From Patescibacteria group bacterium (GTDB lineage Bacteria > Patescibacteriota > Minisyncoccia > Phycocordibacterales > Phycocordibacteraceae): a DNA stretch of 64,000 nucleotides. The stretch lies in assembly GCA_013815345.1 (NCBI GenBank), contig JACDGK010000003.1, positions 18,897 through 82,896 on the forward strand, in the 5' to 3' direction. Under the pieces are notes generated by a model that was not told the DNA's origin, made no database searches, and worked only from the letters and a program-made list of their open reading frames with translations. The number at the start of each line of letters is the position of its first letter. Positions within the stretch are counted from its first letter, which is position 1. Below are positions 8,957 to 17,689 of the stretch, piece by piece. The position numbers and the translations under genes are program-made.

Positions 8957-9488
8957 ATGACAATCAAGTACAGCGAACTGACACTTGGCCAAATCGAGGC
9001 CATCATCAACAAGCTCGGCGGCATCGATGCCGCGAAACGCTTCCTTTCGGGGGCGTCCGAAGTGGTCGTGAAAAGCCACGTCATCGATGGCTGGAAGGTG
9101 GAGGAACACCAAACGGCAGGTCCCCGCAACACGGGTCTTGGTCGAATGGAACGCCTCCATGGTCGAGCTTTGGCTCGCCGAAGGCCAGAAGAACGACAAG
9201 GTCATCGAGGACAACAAGCTCCGCACGGAAGTGGTGAAGAAGTCTCCCTTCAACGCCAACGTCCTCGACTACCTGCTCGCGAACCCCGACCTCATTCCCG
9301 AGGAATGGAAGAAAGATGAAAAGAGCAACACCCGCCACATCTTCTTCTGGGGCACCATCTACCGCGACTCGCTCGGCAGCCTGTACGTCCGTTACCTGTG
9401 CTGGGGCGACGGCAGGTGGTACTGGGGCAGCTACTGCCTGGACTACCACTGGAACGGCCGCAGCCCTGCGGCGATGCTGACAAGTTGA
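8957..9488 (+). pseudogene. GC3-rich gene of unknown function disrupted by a +1 frameshift near 9100-9140
   Basis: ORF 8957..9319 reads as a plausible protein up to ..VIDGWKVEEHQ and then decays into Arg-rich junk. ORF 9087..9488 in the +1 frame is protein-like from ..VEWNASMVELWLAEGQKNDKV onward. A CCCC homopolymer lies at the switch point. Local GC is ~60% against ~45% in the flanks. Confidence 0.45.
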
Positions 9489-9628
9489 ACTTGGGCTTCT
9501 GAAACTTAGGACCCTTGGGTTCTTGGAACTTAGCTCCGATTTTTCTTTTGGACCCCGCGTCTTCTACAGATGCGGGATCTTTGCTTTGCTCTTCGGCACT
9601 TCACCCTATATGATTAAATAACAACCAC

Positions 9629-10096
9629 ATGATTCAACCTATTAAAGGGTTTTTCGCAGAATTCCAGAAATTTGCTACTCGTGGCAACTTTATTGATTTA
9701 GCGATTGGTATCGTCATCGGTACCTCTTTCACCGCGGTCACCAACTCCTTGGTGAACAACATTCTAACGCCCCCTATCGGTCTTCTGATCGGGGGCGTGA
9801 ATTTCAACCAACTCGTTATTCCGCTTGGGGGCACAGCGCAAATTCAGTATGGTGTTTTCCTCCAAACACTTCTCAACTTTGTCATTACAGCCCTCGCACT
9901 CTTCGTAATCGTGCGTCTTATTAATCGTGTGGAAGAAATCGCGAAGCGTCGCAAGAAACAAGATGCGGCACAGACAGCACCTGCGGCAGCGGATAGTCCT
10001 GAAGTCGCGGTGCTTAAAGATATTCGTGAGGCACTTAAACACCTCAACATACTGGAGCTAGTACACGCGGCGCCTGAGACTCCTCATATACCCTAA
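9629..10096 (+). CDS. mscL: Large-conductance mechanosensitive channel MscL
   Basis: FAEFQKFATRGNFIDLAIGIVIGTSFTAVTNSLVNNILTPPIG matches the MscL TM1 and N-terminal signature. Length is 155 aa. Confidence 0.85.
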   Translation: MIQPIKGFFAEFQKFATRGNFIDLAIGIVIGTSFTAVTNSLVNNILTPPIGLLIGGVNFNQLVIPLGGTAQIQYGVFLQTLLNFVITALALFVIVRLINRVEEIAKRRKKQDAAQTAPAAADSPEVAVLKDIREALKHLNILELVHAAPETPHIP

Positions 10097-10105
10097 CCAT
10101 ATTTT

Positions 10106-10804
10106 ATGAAACAACTTCTCACCGGCATCATACTCATCCTCGTACTTGGTATCGGTGCGTTCTTTTATCGCAACCAGATCGAACATCCCGGAACGACATT
10201 TCCATCAGTAGTGCCACCTACAAGCAGTACGGGCGCCACCGCCTGTACTGACGAAGCAAAAATTTGTCCTGATGGCACTGCGGTAGGACGAACCGGTTCG
10301 AACTGCGCATTCACTCCTTGTCTTCCTCCCAACGTCGAAGTCAGTTTCGGCTCTACGACGCTCTCTTTTGTGCTTCCTTCGGGATATACAAAAAATACCG
10401 CAGGTGGAGACTCAGCGTTCGTCGCGTCCTATCTGCAATCATCGGTCTCTCCCGATTCAGCGAGTGCCATCACTATTCACCGCTATGCGATTCCAGAGGG
10501 CGGGAGCGCAAGTCAGGTGATGCTTCAGAACACTACGCTTGATCCTTCGGGCATACAGGCGACTTCAACGAGCCAGTTCAAACAGGTCAGCGAAGGACAA
10601 AATACGTTTTCAGCTATACAGATAGGCCGTTTCGAGGGCCAAGTACAGACCGCGTACTACCTTACCCGCATGAACGACGTGCTTCGTTTTGATATTACCG
10701 AGCGGAATGTGCAGAATTGGACCGACCCAAATTTCAACGCTTCAAGCCTTCCGCAGCATCAAGCATTTCTTCAGATGCTCGCAACGCTCCAAGTATCCTC
10801 ATAG
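10106..10804 (+). CDS. Hypothetical secreted protein with a Cys-rich N-terminal region
   Basis: Has a signal anchor LLTGIILILVLGIGAFF followed by four Cys in 35 aa. No family was recognised. Confidence 0.4.
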   Translation: MKQLLTGIILILVLGIGAFFYRNQIEHPGTTFPSVVPPTSSTGATACTDEAKICPDGTAVGRTGSNCAFTPCLPPNVEVSFGSTTLSFVLPSGYTKNTAGGDSAFVASYLQSSVSPDSASAITIHRYAIPEGGSASQVMLQNTTLDPSGIQATSTSQFKQVSEGQNTFSAIQIGRFEGQVQTAYYLTRMNDVLRFDITERNVQNWTDPNFNASSLPQHQAFLQMLATLQVSS

Positions 10805-10851
10805 CTCGTGCGTGCTAAAATGGGGCTGTTATATAGTAACTAGCTTCTACC

Positions 10852-11646
10852 ATGAATACCCAATGGAAAGAGATCGAAAGTAGTGCCGCCGTACGTGTAG
10901 CGGTAATAGGAGTGCTGGCGATCCTCGCGCTCTTTTTGTTTGCTGAAACAATAAGTGTTGTTCAAAACTTTGGCACCTCGGCGAATCCTCCGACAAACAC
11001 CATTACCGTGAGCGGAGATGGAAAAGCAGCTGCCGTTCCCGACACAGCCTCTATTTCATTTGGTGCTACAGCGACCGCAGCGGATGTTGCGACTGCGCAG
11101 AAAAAAATAACCGATATCGTAAACGCAGCGCTCGCTTCGGTGAAGCAAAGCGGCGTAACGGATAAAGACATCACCACGAGTTCCTTTAACGTATCGCCCC
11201 ATTACACCACTCCTTCATGTCCGCCTGGCGTATTCTGTCCGAACACCTCCTCATCGGTTTCTGGATACGATGTTTCAGAAACGATTGAGGTAAAAGTGCA
11301 TGACACAACTAAAGTTGCAACAATTCTCGATGGTCTTGCAAAAGCGAACGTCTCAAATGTGAACGGACCTAACTTTGTGGTTGACGACCCGACCGTCATA
11401 CAAGCGCAGGCGCGTGGGCAGGCTATCGATAAGGCACGGCAGCAAGCGCAGACGCTCGCACAGCAGCTCGGCGTACATCTTGGGAAAGTCGTTAGCTTTT
11501 CGGATAGTACTAATGGCAACCCTGGACCACAGCCGATGTTTAAAGGAGCAGGTATCACCGCAGCAGCAGACTCTGTCGCACCATCAATCCCTACCGGCCA
11601 AAACGAATATACCGACAGCGTGTCGATAACGTACTCGATCTACTAA
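10852..11646 (+). CDS. SIMPL/DUF541-family periplasmic protein (YggE-like)
   Basis: N-terminal TM segment. The motifs ITVSGDGKA.., ..SGYDVSETIEVKVHD.. and ..QARGQAIDKARQQAQTLAQQLGV.. are typical of SIMPL-domain proteins. Confidence 0.6.
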   Translation: MNTQWKEIESSAAVRVAVIGVLAILALFLFAETISVVQNFGTSANPPTNTITVSGDGKAAAVPDTASISFGATATAADVATAQKKITDIVNAALASVKQSGVTDKDITTSSFNVSPHYTTPSCPPGVFCPNTSSSVSGYDVSETIEVKVHDTTKVATILDGLAKANVSNVNGPNFVVDDPTVIQAQARGQAIDKARQQAQTLAQQLGVHLGKVVSFSDSTNGNPGPQPMFKGAGITAAADSVAPSIPTGQNEYTDSVSITYSIY

Positions 11647-11677
11647 CGATTGACAATGTGGCGAATAAAATGATAAA

Positions 11678-11700
11678 GTAAGAAAGTAATACTTTCTTAC
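11678..11700. promoter_or_regulatory. Perfect palindromic operator immediately upstream of the AbrB-family antitoxin gene
   Basis: GTAAGAAAGTA-a-TACTTTCTTAC has 11-bp arms and ends 3 nt before ATG 11704. A TTGACA sits at 11650. Confidence 0.5.
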
Positions 11701-11703
11701 TTT

Positions 11704-11946
11704 ATGCCTACTACCCCTGCACGCCGTATAACCAGCAAAGGTCAGATCACGCTGCCTGCCGCGTGGCGAAAAAAAACAGGAGCAGATGCCGTTGTTATGC
11801 GGGATGTAGGAGGCGTTCTTGAAATTCGTCCGGTCCATACAACAAAACGGGGTGACATGATTATTTTTAATGCGGATCGTGACAACGGTGGGAAGGGAAT
11901 TGAAGTAGGTGAGTTAATTAAAATCCTTCGATCACTTGATAAATAA
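11704..11946 (+). CDS. AbrB/MazE/SpoVT-family type II antitoxin
   Basis: 80 aa. ITSKGQITLPAAWRKK matches the SpoVT_AbrB swapped-hairpin motif. It is followed 4 nt later by a RelE-like ORF. Confidence 0.6.
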   Translation: MPTTPARRITSKGQITLPAAWRKKTGADAVVMRDVGGVLEIRPVHTTKRGDMIIFNADRDNGGKGIEVGELIKILRSLDK

Positions 11947-11949
11947 TTC

Positions 11950-12195
11950 ATGGATCGAATTCGGAAGTTATTCTCACGTATTCCAAAAAAGCATCGACTC
12001 CAATTACTTGAAGCACTTGCGTGTCTACATGATCCCGCATGTGCTCCCACACTTCATATTGACAAGCTTACGGGGAGTAATAAATTACGAATTAGGGCCG
12101 GTAGCTACCGCATCATTTTTCATAAGAATGCAGAGGGTAAGCTTGTTGTTGATCAAATCATGCCGCGGAATGAGCAGACATATCGCGACGTTTGA
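11950..12195 (+). CDS. RelE/ParE-family type II toxin
   Basis: 81 aa. LTGSNKLRIRAGSYRIIFHKNAEGKLVVDQIMPRNE matches the RelE/ParE core (..R.G.YRII.). Confidence 0.55.
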   Translation: MDRIRKLFSRIPKKHRLQLLEALACLHDPACAPTLHIDKLTGSNKLRIRAGSYRIIFHKNAEGKLVVDQIMPRNEQTYRDV

Positions 12196-12230
12196 CACCT
12201 TGTGGGCCTGTAGTATCATGTGTGTATCAG

Positions 12231-12251
12231 AGACCCGCGGGTCTTTTTTAA
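12231..12251 (+). terminator. Rho-independent terminator after the toxin-antitoxin pair
   Basis: GACCCGCGGGTC followed by TTTTTTAATT. Confidence 0.55.
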
Positions 12252-12307
12252 TTGGGAGACCTATTTTGGTATTTCAGTTTTAGCTTTTAGTAACTATCTA
12301 GCCAGAA

Positions 12308-12502
12308 ATGAGTATGCATAAACTCACCGACTATTTCCGAAACGTGCGCGCCGAACTCGCGCATGTCGTGTGGCCCTCTCCTCGCAAAGCGATCACTGAC
12401 GTCATCGCCGTCGTTCTCATTTCTGCTATCACTGCGCTCCTCATCGCTGGTCTCGACTACGTGTTTACCAGTCTCGTAAACTACGTCATTTCTCATCAAT
12501 AA
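12308..12502 (+). CDS. secE: Preprotein translocase subunit SecE
   Basis: 64 aa. ..VRAELAHVVWPSPRKAITDVIAVVLISAI.. matches the SecE pattern. It sits immediately upstream of nusG. Confidence 0.7.
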   Translation: MSMHKLTDYFRNVRAELAHVVWPSPRKAITDVIAVVLISAITALLIAGLDYVFTSLVNYVISHQ

Positions 12503-12531
12503 TTTATTACGGCTTTAACTGCTCTTTATCT

Positions 12532-13101
12532 ATGGAAACTCACAGCACTCCTCAATTTTCTGACGACGCCGCAAACAGCGAACCGCGCTGGTACACCATT
12601 CACACGTACGCCGGCTATGAAAATGCCGTTGAACGTAATTTAAAGCAGCGCATCGAATCACTTGGCATGGAAGGCAAGATTTTTCAGGTTGTCGTACCGA
12701 CAGAAAAGAAAGTTCGGGTCAAAGGAGGGAAGCGTGTGATCGAAGAGGAAAAAATTTACCCGGGATACATTCTCGTGAATATGATCGTGGATGAAGATTC
12801 ATGGTTTGTTGTGCGTAATACGCCGCGTGTGACGGGTTTTGTTGGATCGGGTGTAACTCCGGTACCGATGGAAGAGTCGGAAATCGCGACACTCATGAAG
12901 CGTATGGGCCAGGAAGCCCCGAAGCACCGCATTGATCTTGTAAAAGACGACCCGGTCGTTATCGCCGACGGTCCATTTAAGGATCTCGAAGGCAAGGTGG
13001 GCGAGATAGACGAAGATCGCGGCAAGGTGAAAGTGCTCGTGGCTATGTTTGGTCGTGAGACGCCAGTGGAGCTCGATTTCTTGCAAATAAGGAAACTGTA
13101 A
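12532..13101 (+). CDS. nusG: Transcription termination/antitermination factor NusG
   Basis: Has the NGN domain (WYTIHTYAGYENAV) and a C-terminal KOW (KVLVAMFGRETPVELDF). Confidence 0.9.
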   Translation: METHSTPQFSDDAANSEPRWYTIHTYAGYENAVERNLKQRIESLGMEGKIFQVVVPTEKKVRVKGGKRVIEEEKIYPGYILVNMIVDEDSWFVVRNTPRVTGFVGSGVTPVPMEESEIATLMKRMGQEAPKHRIDLVKDDPVVIADGPFKDLEGKVGEIDEDRGKVKVLVAMFGRETPVELDFLQIRKL

Positions 13102-13119
13102 CGTACAGTCCTACTACCT

Positions 13120-13539
13120 ATGGCTAAAGTCGTAAAGAAAATCAAACTCCAGATTCCTGCAGGGAAAGCAACACCAGCACCACCAATCGGTACGGTACTT
13201 GGCCCTGCTGGCGTAAATATCGGTGATTTCGTGAGCAAATTTAACGAAGCGACCCGTGACCGCATGGGCAGCATCATTCCAGTAGATATGACCGTGTACG
13301 AGGACCGAACCTTTACGTTTGTACTCAAGACCTCACCGACCCCTCGTCTTATTCTCAAGGCAATCAATCAGGAAAAAGGTTCAGGCAAGACCCCCTCAAA
13401 GAAAGTCGGCACGCTTACGAAAGCCCAAGTACAGGCGATCGCAGAAGAGAAAATGCCTGACCTGAACGCTGGTTCGCTTGAAGCGGCTATGCGACTTGTG
13501 GAAGGAACCGCGCGTTCAATGGGTGTGGAAGTGAATTAA
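13120..13539 (+). CDS. rplK: Ribosomal protein L11
   Basis: [34 protein letters not shown] is the canonical L11 N-terminus. Length is 139 aa. Confidence 0.9.
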   Translation: MAKVVKKIKLQIPAGKATPAPPIGTVLGPAGVNIGDFVSKFNEATRDRMGSIIPVDMTVYEDRTFTFVLKTSPTPRLILKAINQEKGSGKTPSKKVGTLTKAQVQAIAEEKMPDLNAGSLEAAMRLVEGTARSMGVEVN

Positions 13540-13556
13540 TTTTTAGAACAGTCTCG

Positions 13557-13592
13557 AAAGGACCCGGAAGGCTTTGCCTTCCGGGTCCTTTC
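13557..13592 (+). terminator. Strong rho-independent terminator after rplK
   Basis: AAAGGACCCGGAAGGC-tttg-CCTTCCGGGTCCTTT. Confidence 0.6.
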
Positions 13593-13607
13593 ATATACAG
13601 TCAGCGT

Positions 13608-14624
13608 ATGAAGAAAAGAAAGAAAGAGTCACCCATGTTAGGACGAATACTAAAAAAAATTGCACCACGTCTTGACGCATCTGTGCTCTTAGAGCCTGAA
13701 TGGGGCATCACCGGTCAGATTATCTTCAAAAGCGGACGACATTCTTATTTTAGATATAACACTCTGGACCTTAACCCGGTGGGAAGTTCCGATATTGCGA
13801 AAGATAAGGATTACGCAAACTTTTTCATGAAATCAATGGGATACCCTGTAGTACCCGGAGGCAAGACCTTTTTCTCAGATGAGTGGGCAAAGGCTATTGG
13901 CGCAAAAAAAAGAGATAGTGAGGCCGCGTATCTCTATGCCGAAAGACTTGGTTTCCCCGTAATTGTAAAACCAAATAGTGGCAGTCAGGGATTTGGCGTT
14001 GCTTTGGTCCACACAAAACGTGAATTCTACAAAGCTTTGCGCACTATTTTCACCTCTGACCGCGTCGCACTCGTTCAGCAGCCGGTGTATGGCAAAGATT
14101 ATCGTCTCGTGGTTCTCGACCAGAAGATCATTTCAGCATACGAACGTATTCCACTTAATGTTACGGGCAATGGGAAATCAACTATTGCGCAACTGCTCAA
14201 AAAGAAGCAGCGTACGTTTATTGATTCAGGACGTGATACTCAAGTCGATACTGAAGATCCTCGTATTGTAATGAAATTGAAACATCAAGGAATGGCGCTT
14301 TCATCAGTACCTTCCAGAAACACGAAAGTATTTCTTCTTGATAACGCAAACCTATCTACCGGTGGTGACTCGGTAGATGTAACCGATAGAATTCACGCCG
14401 AATTTAAAAAAATAGCAATTCAATTAACGAAAGACATGGGTCTCCGTCTTTGTGGTGTGGACCTTATGGTTGCGGGCGACATTGCCGAAAAACCCAATAC
14501 ATACTGGATCTTGGAAATTAACGCTGGTCCTGGCCTTGATCATTATGCGAAAATTGGAAAGCAACAAGAGAAAATTGTTGAAAACTTCTATCTTGAAGTA
14601 CTGAAACATCTCGATGTAAAATAA
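13608..14624 (+). CDS. ATP-grasp family ligase (cyanophycin-synthetase N-domain / RimK-like)
   Basis: GFPVIVKPNSGSQGFGVAL.., ..YGKDYRLVVLD.., ..VTGNGKSTIAQL.. and ..YWILEINAGPGL are ATP-grasp motifs. It occupies the position where rplA normally follows rplK. Confidence 0.6.
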   Translation: MKKRKKESPMLGRILKKIAPRLDASVLLEPEWGITGQIIFKSGRHSYFRYNTLDLNPVGSSDIAKDKDYANFFMKSMGYPVVPGGKTFFSDEWAKAIGAKKRDSEAAYLYAERLGFPVIVKPNSGSQGFGVALVHTKREFYKALRTIFTSDRVALVQQPVYGKDYRLVVLDQKIISAYERIPLNVTGNGKSTIAQLLKKKQRTFIDSGRDTQVDTEDPRIVMKLKHQGMALSSVPSRNTKVFLLDNANLSTGGDSVDVTDRIHAEFKKIAIQLTKDMGLRLCGVDLMVAGDIAEKPNTYWILEINAGPGLDHYAKIGKQQEKIVENFYLEVLKHLDVK

Positions 14625-14768
14625 AGAATAACGAACACACATAAGAATGGGAGTAAGAATAAAAGTAAGTAGTTACGCACTCGAAGCCATTGCCGCGTCC
14701 GCAGCAGCGCGCTACGCTCGGTAAGGGAATGCCGCAGGGGCATTCAATAAAAAAAAGGCAGGGACGAA

Positions 14769-15371
14769 ATGCTCCAGTTGAAGACCGATTTCAATGGCGT
14801 ACTCGCGGACATGCGAGAGCCGACAAGGCTTGCTCTCGAAGAGGTGAGTGGGCTGGAGATCCCCAACGACCGTTTTTGTGGCAAAAAGCTTGTGGGAAGC
14901 AACGTACTTTTCTTTCCACAGGGAAACGGCCCGCGTCGCTCGGTAACGAGCAAAGAATGGGAGCAAGCAAAAAGCCTCATTTACGATGGGCATGGTTTTT
15001 CCCATCGAGTAAAACCGATAGAAGGGGTTCGCGAAAGCCTCCATCAACTCTGGGGCATGGGCCTCGATATTGGTATCGTCTCAAGTTGTTGGGGTATTTC
15101 GGTGGAACGGGTGTGGAAATGGATTAATTTCTACGACATGCCCATTTCAGACGTGGTGCTCCATGAAAACCACAAGACGGCGCGTTATGCAGGTGCCGAT
15201 GTGGTGGTCGACGACGAACTTCGCCATCTCATCGGGTTGCTCGACGAACCTCTCGTCACGCCGATCCTCATGCTGATCTCGGAAGTCGTCCTCCCCGAAA
15301 AATACGCACATATTACTCTCGTGACCAATTGGAAAGGCGTGGTCGAGTGTACGCGAGCGCTTCTCAACTGA
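14769..15371 (+). CDS. HAD-superfamily 5'(3')-deoxyribonucleotidase-like protein with motif I variant DFNGVLAD (DxN instead of DxD)
   Basis: TDFNGVLADM resembles the NT5C/YorS motif I. The second Asp is replaced by Asn. GC is moderately elevated. The family call is tentative. Confidence 0.4.
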   Translation: MLQLKTDFNGVLADMREPTRLALEEVSGLEIPNDRFCGKKLVGSNVLFFPQGNGPRRSVTSKEWEQAKSLIYDGHGFSHRVKPIEGVRESLHQLWGMGLDIGIVSSCWGISVERVWKWINFYDMPISDVVLHENHKTARYAGADVVVDDELRHLIGLLDEPLVTPILMLISEVVLPEKYAHITLVTNWKGVVECTRALLN

Positions 15372-15424
15372 TTCTCGTACCCCGCAATCCTTCAAACCAA
15401 CCCGGCGCTTGCGTCGGGTTTTTC

Positions 15425-15928
15425 TTATCTCTCAAGATCTATCCAAGTATAGTGCAGCCCATCAGATTCATGCGGCGCTACGAATATTTTTTTCGTAAAA
15501 ATAGTTTCGTATTCGGGAAAGAAAACATTACCCTCTTTTTCTTCATCAATAAGTGTGAGATAGAGACGAGTCGCGAGTGGGAGTGACTCTCTGAATATTT
15601 CTCCTCCACCGATGATGAATATTTCCGTGCCGCCTTCGGCGGCACGTGCAACAGCAAGTGCATCTTGAAGCGATGAGCAAATTTCCGCACCACTCGCTTC
15701 ATACTGTTCTTGTCGGGTAATGATGATATTCAAACGTCCAGGCAGCGGACGATATTTTTCAGGTAACGATTCCCATGTCTTGCGGCCCATGATCACCGGA
15801 TGACCATCGGTAAGTTTTTTAAACCGTTTCAAATCATCAGGAATGTGCCAGAGAAGTTGGTTGTCTTTTCCAAGAACGCGATTCTTTGCACCGATCGCAG
15901 CAATCAAACTAATACGAGATTCAGTCAT
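15425..15928 (-). CDS. folA: Dihydrofolate reductase
   Basis: ISLIAAIGAKNRVLGKDNQLLWHIPDDLKRFKKLTDGHPVIMGRKTWESL..PLPGRLNIIITR. The start was chosen at MTESR so as to abut the upstream gene. Confidence 0.8.
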   Translation of the reverse strand: MTESRISLIAAIGAKNRVLGKDNQLLWHIPDDLKRFKKLTDGHPVIMGRKTWESLPEKYRPLPGRLNIIITRQEQYEASGAEICSSLQDALAVARAAEGGTEIFIIGGGEIFRESLPLATRLYLTLIDEEKEGNVFFPEYETIFTKKIFVAPHESDGLHYTWIDLER

Positions 15929-15932
15929 AGGT

Positions 15933-16397
15933 TCAGTATAATCCAGAAGTGAGCCGTGCTCGAGTTTCATGAATCTTTACGGCACCCGAAACTTTATCGA
16001 CAATACACACGATATCCATAGGCTCATCCCATGCCTGCCGCACGAGAGGTTTGTCTGAAAATTGTTCAGTGTAACAAAACCCAATACGCAGCCATCCGGG
16101 AGGGACAATGCTTAGAAAACGATCATACCAGCCTGCACCTTTGCCGTGTCTCGTGCCCGTAGCGTCAAAGCGCCGTCCCGGAATCAGCATGAAAGCTCGC
16201 TGCAATTGCGCCGCCAGCTGCGCCGCCGCTGCTTCTTCCTGAGGAATGAGCGACGCGATTGGTTGAATGGTGTAAACGATGAGGCCGGTTACCTGAGGAA
16301 ATAGATCAAAAGGAGAGAGTTCATTTCCGATAGCTTTATACCCAATACCTACAGGATATTTTTCTAAAATTGCTAAAAATTCTGAATTTTCATTCAT
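15933..16397 (-). CDS. 5-formyltetrahydrofolate cyclo-ligase (MTHFS)
   Basis: GKGAGWYDRFL matches the 5-FCL GKGGGYYDR signature. Length is 154 aa. Confidence 0.7.
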   Translation of the reverse strand: MNENSEFLAILEKYPVGIGYKAIGNELSPFDLFPQVTGLIVYTIQPIASLIPQEEAAAAQLAAQLQRAFMLIPGRRFDATGTRHGKGAGWYDRFLSIVPPGWLRIGFCYTEQFSDKPLVRQAWDEPMDIVCIVDKVSGAVKIHETRARLTSGLY

Positions 16398-16415
16398 TTC
16401 ACGTATACTAGCATC

Positions 16416-17111
16416 ATGGCAAAAGGGACAACGCAGGACTACGAAATTGAGATTAAAAGCCTTCTTGGCACCGCAGAAGCTGCGGATAAATTGCGTACTG
16501 ACCTAAAGAAAATCGACCCGACCTCCACACGTATCTCGAGCTATACGCAAATCAATCATTATTTTGAAGGAGGAAATCCGCACACGTTGGCTACTCATCT
16601 AGCTCCACATCTTGCACCCGAGCATGCAGAAAAAATGCACCAGATTGCAAAAGAGGGAAAAAATATTTCAGTCCGTTCGCGAGAAATGAATAGGGAAGTG
16701 CGCATGGTGATGAAAGCGTCCATTGGGGACGACTCCAGCGCTAACGGTGTCATGCGTATGGAAATCGAAGCACCAGTTATAGAATTTACAACACTTGAGC
16801 AGCTTGACGCTGTAGTTCTCGGCGCTGATTACACGTATCAGGCTAAGTGGTCACGTACGCGCGAAGAATATCGCGTGAAAGATGTTACTGTATGTCTTGA
16901 TAAAAATGCGGGATATGGATACCTCGCAGAGTTCGAAAAGGTAATCGATGATGCGACCCAGGCTGAAGAGGCGAAAAAGGAGTTGGTTTCACTCATGGAA
17001 ATGCTGAATGTTTCTGAATTGCCACAAGATCGGCTGGAAAGAATGTTTTCGTTTTATAATGAACACTGGCCGGAGTATTACGGGACGGAAAAAATATTTA
17101 TTGTTGAATAA
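16416..17111 (+). CDS. CYTH-domain (triphosphate tunnel metalloenzyme) protein
   Basis: N-terminal YEIEIKSLL matches the CYTH ExExK motif. Length is 231 aa. Confidence 0.6.
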   Translation: MAKGTTQDYEIEIKSLLGTAEAADKLRTDLKKIDPTSTRISSYTQINHYFEGGNPHTLATHLAPHLAPEHAEKMHQIAKEGKNISVRSREMNREVRMVMKASIGDDSSANGVMRMEIEAPVIEFTTLEQLDAVVLGADYTYQAKWSRTREEYRVKDVTVCLDKNAGYGYLAEFEKVIDDATQAEEAKKELVSLMEMLNVSELPQDRLERMFSFYNEHWPEYYGTEKIFIVE

Positions 17112-17114
17112 TCT

Positions 17115-17678
17115 ATGTTTCTATCTGACATCGACATTAAAAAGGGCATTAAAAGCGGCGCAATCGTCATAGAGCCGTTCTCTCAAAAACGTCTTCAAAT
17201 GGCGAGTTATGACGTGACTCTCGGGAATGAATTTCAGGTAACCGACCGACATAGCACCGGAGTTATTGATCCGTTTAATAACGTGTATCCGAAGACTCGC
17301 ACGATCAAGGTAAAGGATGGCGATCCGTTCATCCTGCATCCAGGAGAAAGTGTACTGGGAAAGCAGAAAGAATTTATCGGTGTCGATCATGAACACCTGA
17401 TTCTCTTGTCAGGAAAGTCGAGTCTGGCCCGTGCAGGACTCGTGGTGCACAATACCGCCATGCTTTTTAACCCTGGCCATCATTTCTATCCCACCTTTGA
17501 ACTCGTTAACACCAATAACGTCCCCATAATTTTGCGTCCTGGCATGGAGATCGCACAGCTTCTCTTTGCAAAGCTCACCAGCATGACTTCAAAAGGGTAC
17601 GATGGTCACGGACGATACGACAAAAAAAATTCAACGCATTTCGTTCCGAAACGTACTGCGGTGCGTAAAAAAATATAA
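17115..17678 (+). CDS. dcd: dCTP deaminase
   Basis: The N-terminus MFLSDIDIKKGIKSGAIVIEPF and the overall dUTPase-superfamily pattern fit. Length is 187 aa. Confidence 0.85.
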   Translation: MFLSDIDIKKGIKSGAIVIEPFSQKRLQMASYDVTLGNEFQVTDRHSTGVIDPFNNVYPKTRTIKVKDGDPFILHPGESVLGKQKEFIGVDHEHLILLSGKSSLARAGLVVHNTAMLFNPGHHFYPTFELVNTNNVPIILRPGMEIAQLLFAKLTSMTSKGYDGHGRYDKKNSTHFVPKRTAVRKKI

Positions 17679-17689
17679 ATAACACTCGT

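Noticed and set aside
14690-15127. ORF 14690-15127 (+) and overlapping minus-strand ORFs in the GC-elevated region
   Set aside because: They are Arg/Gly-rich out-of-frame translations of the HAD-like gene region. The 14769-15371 frame has the recognisable motif.
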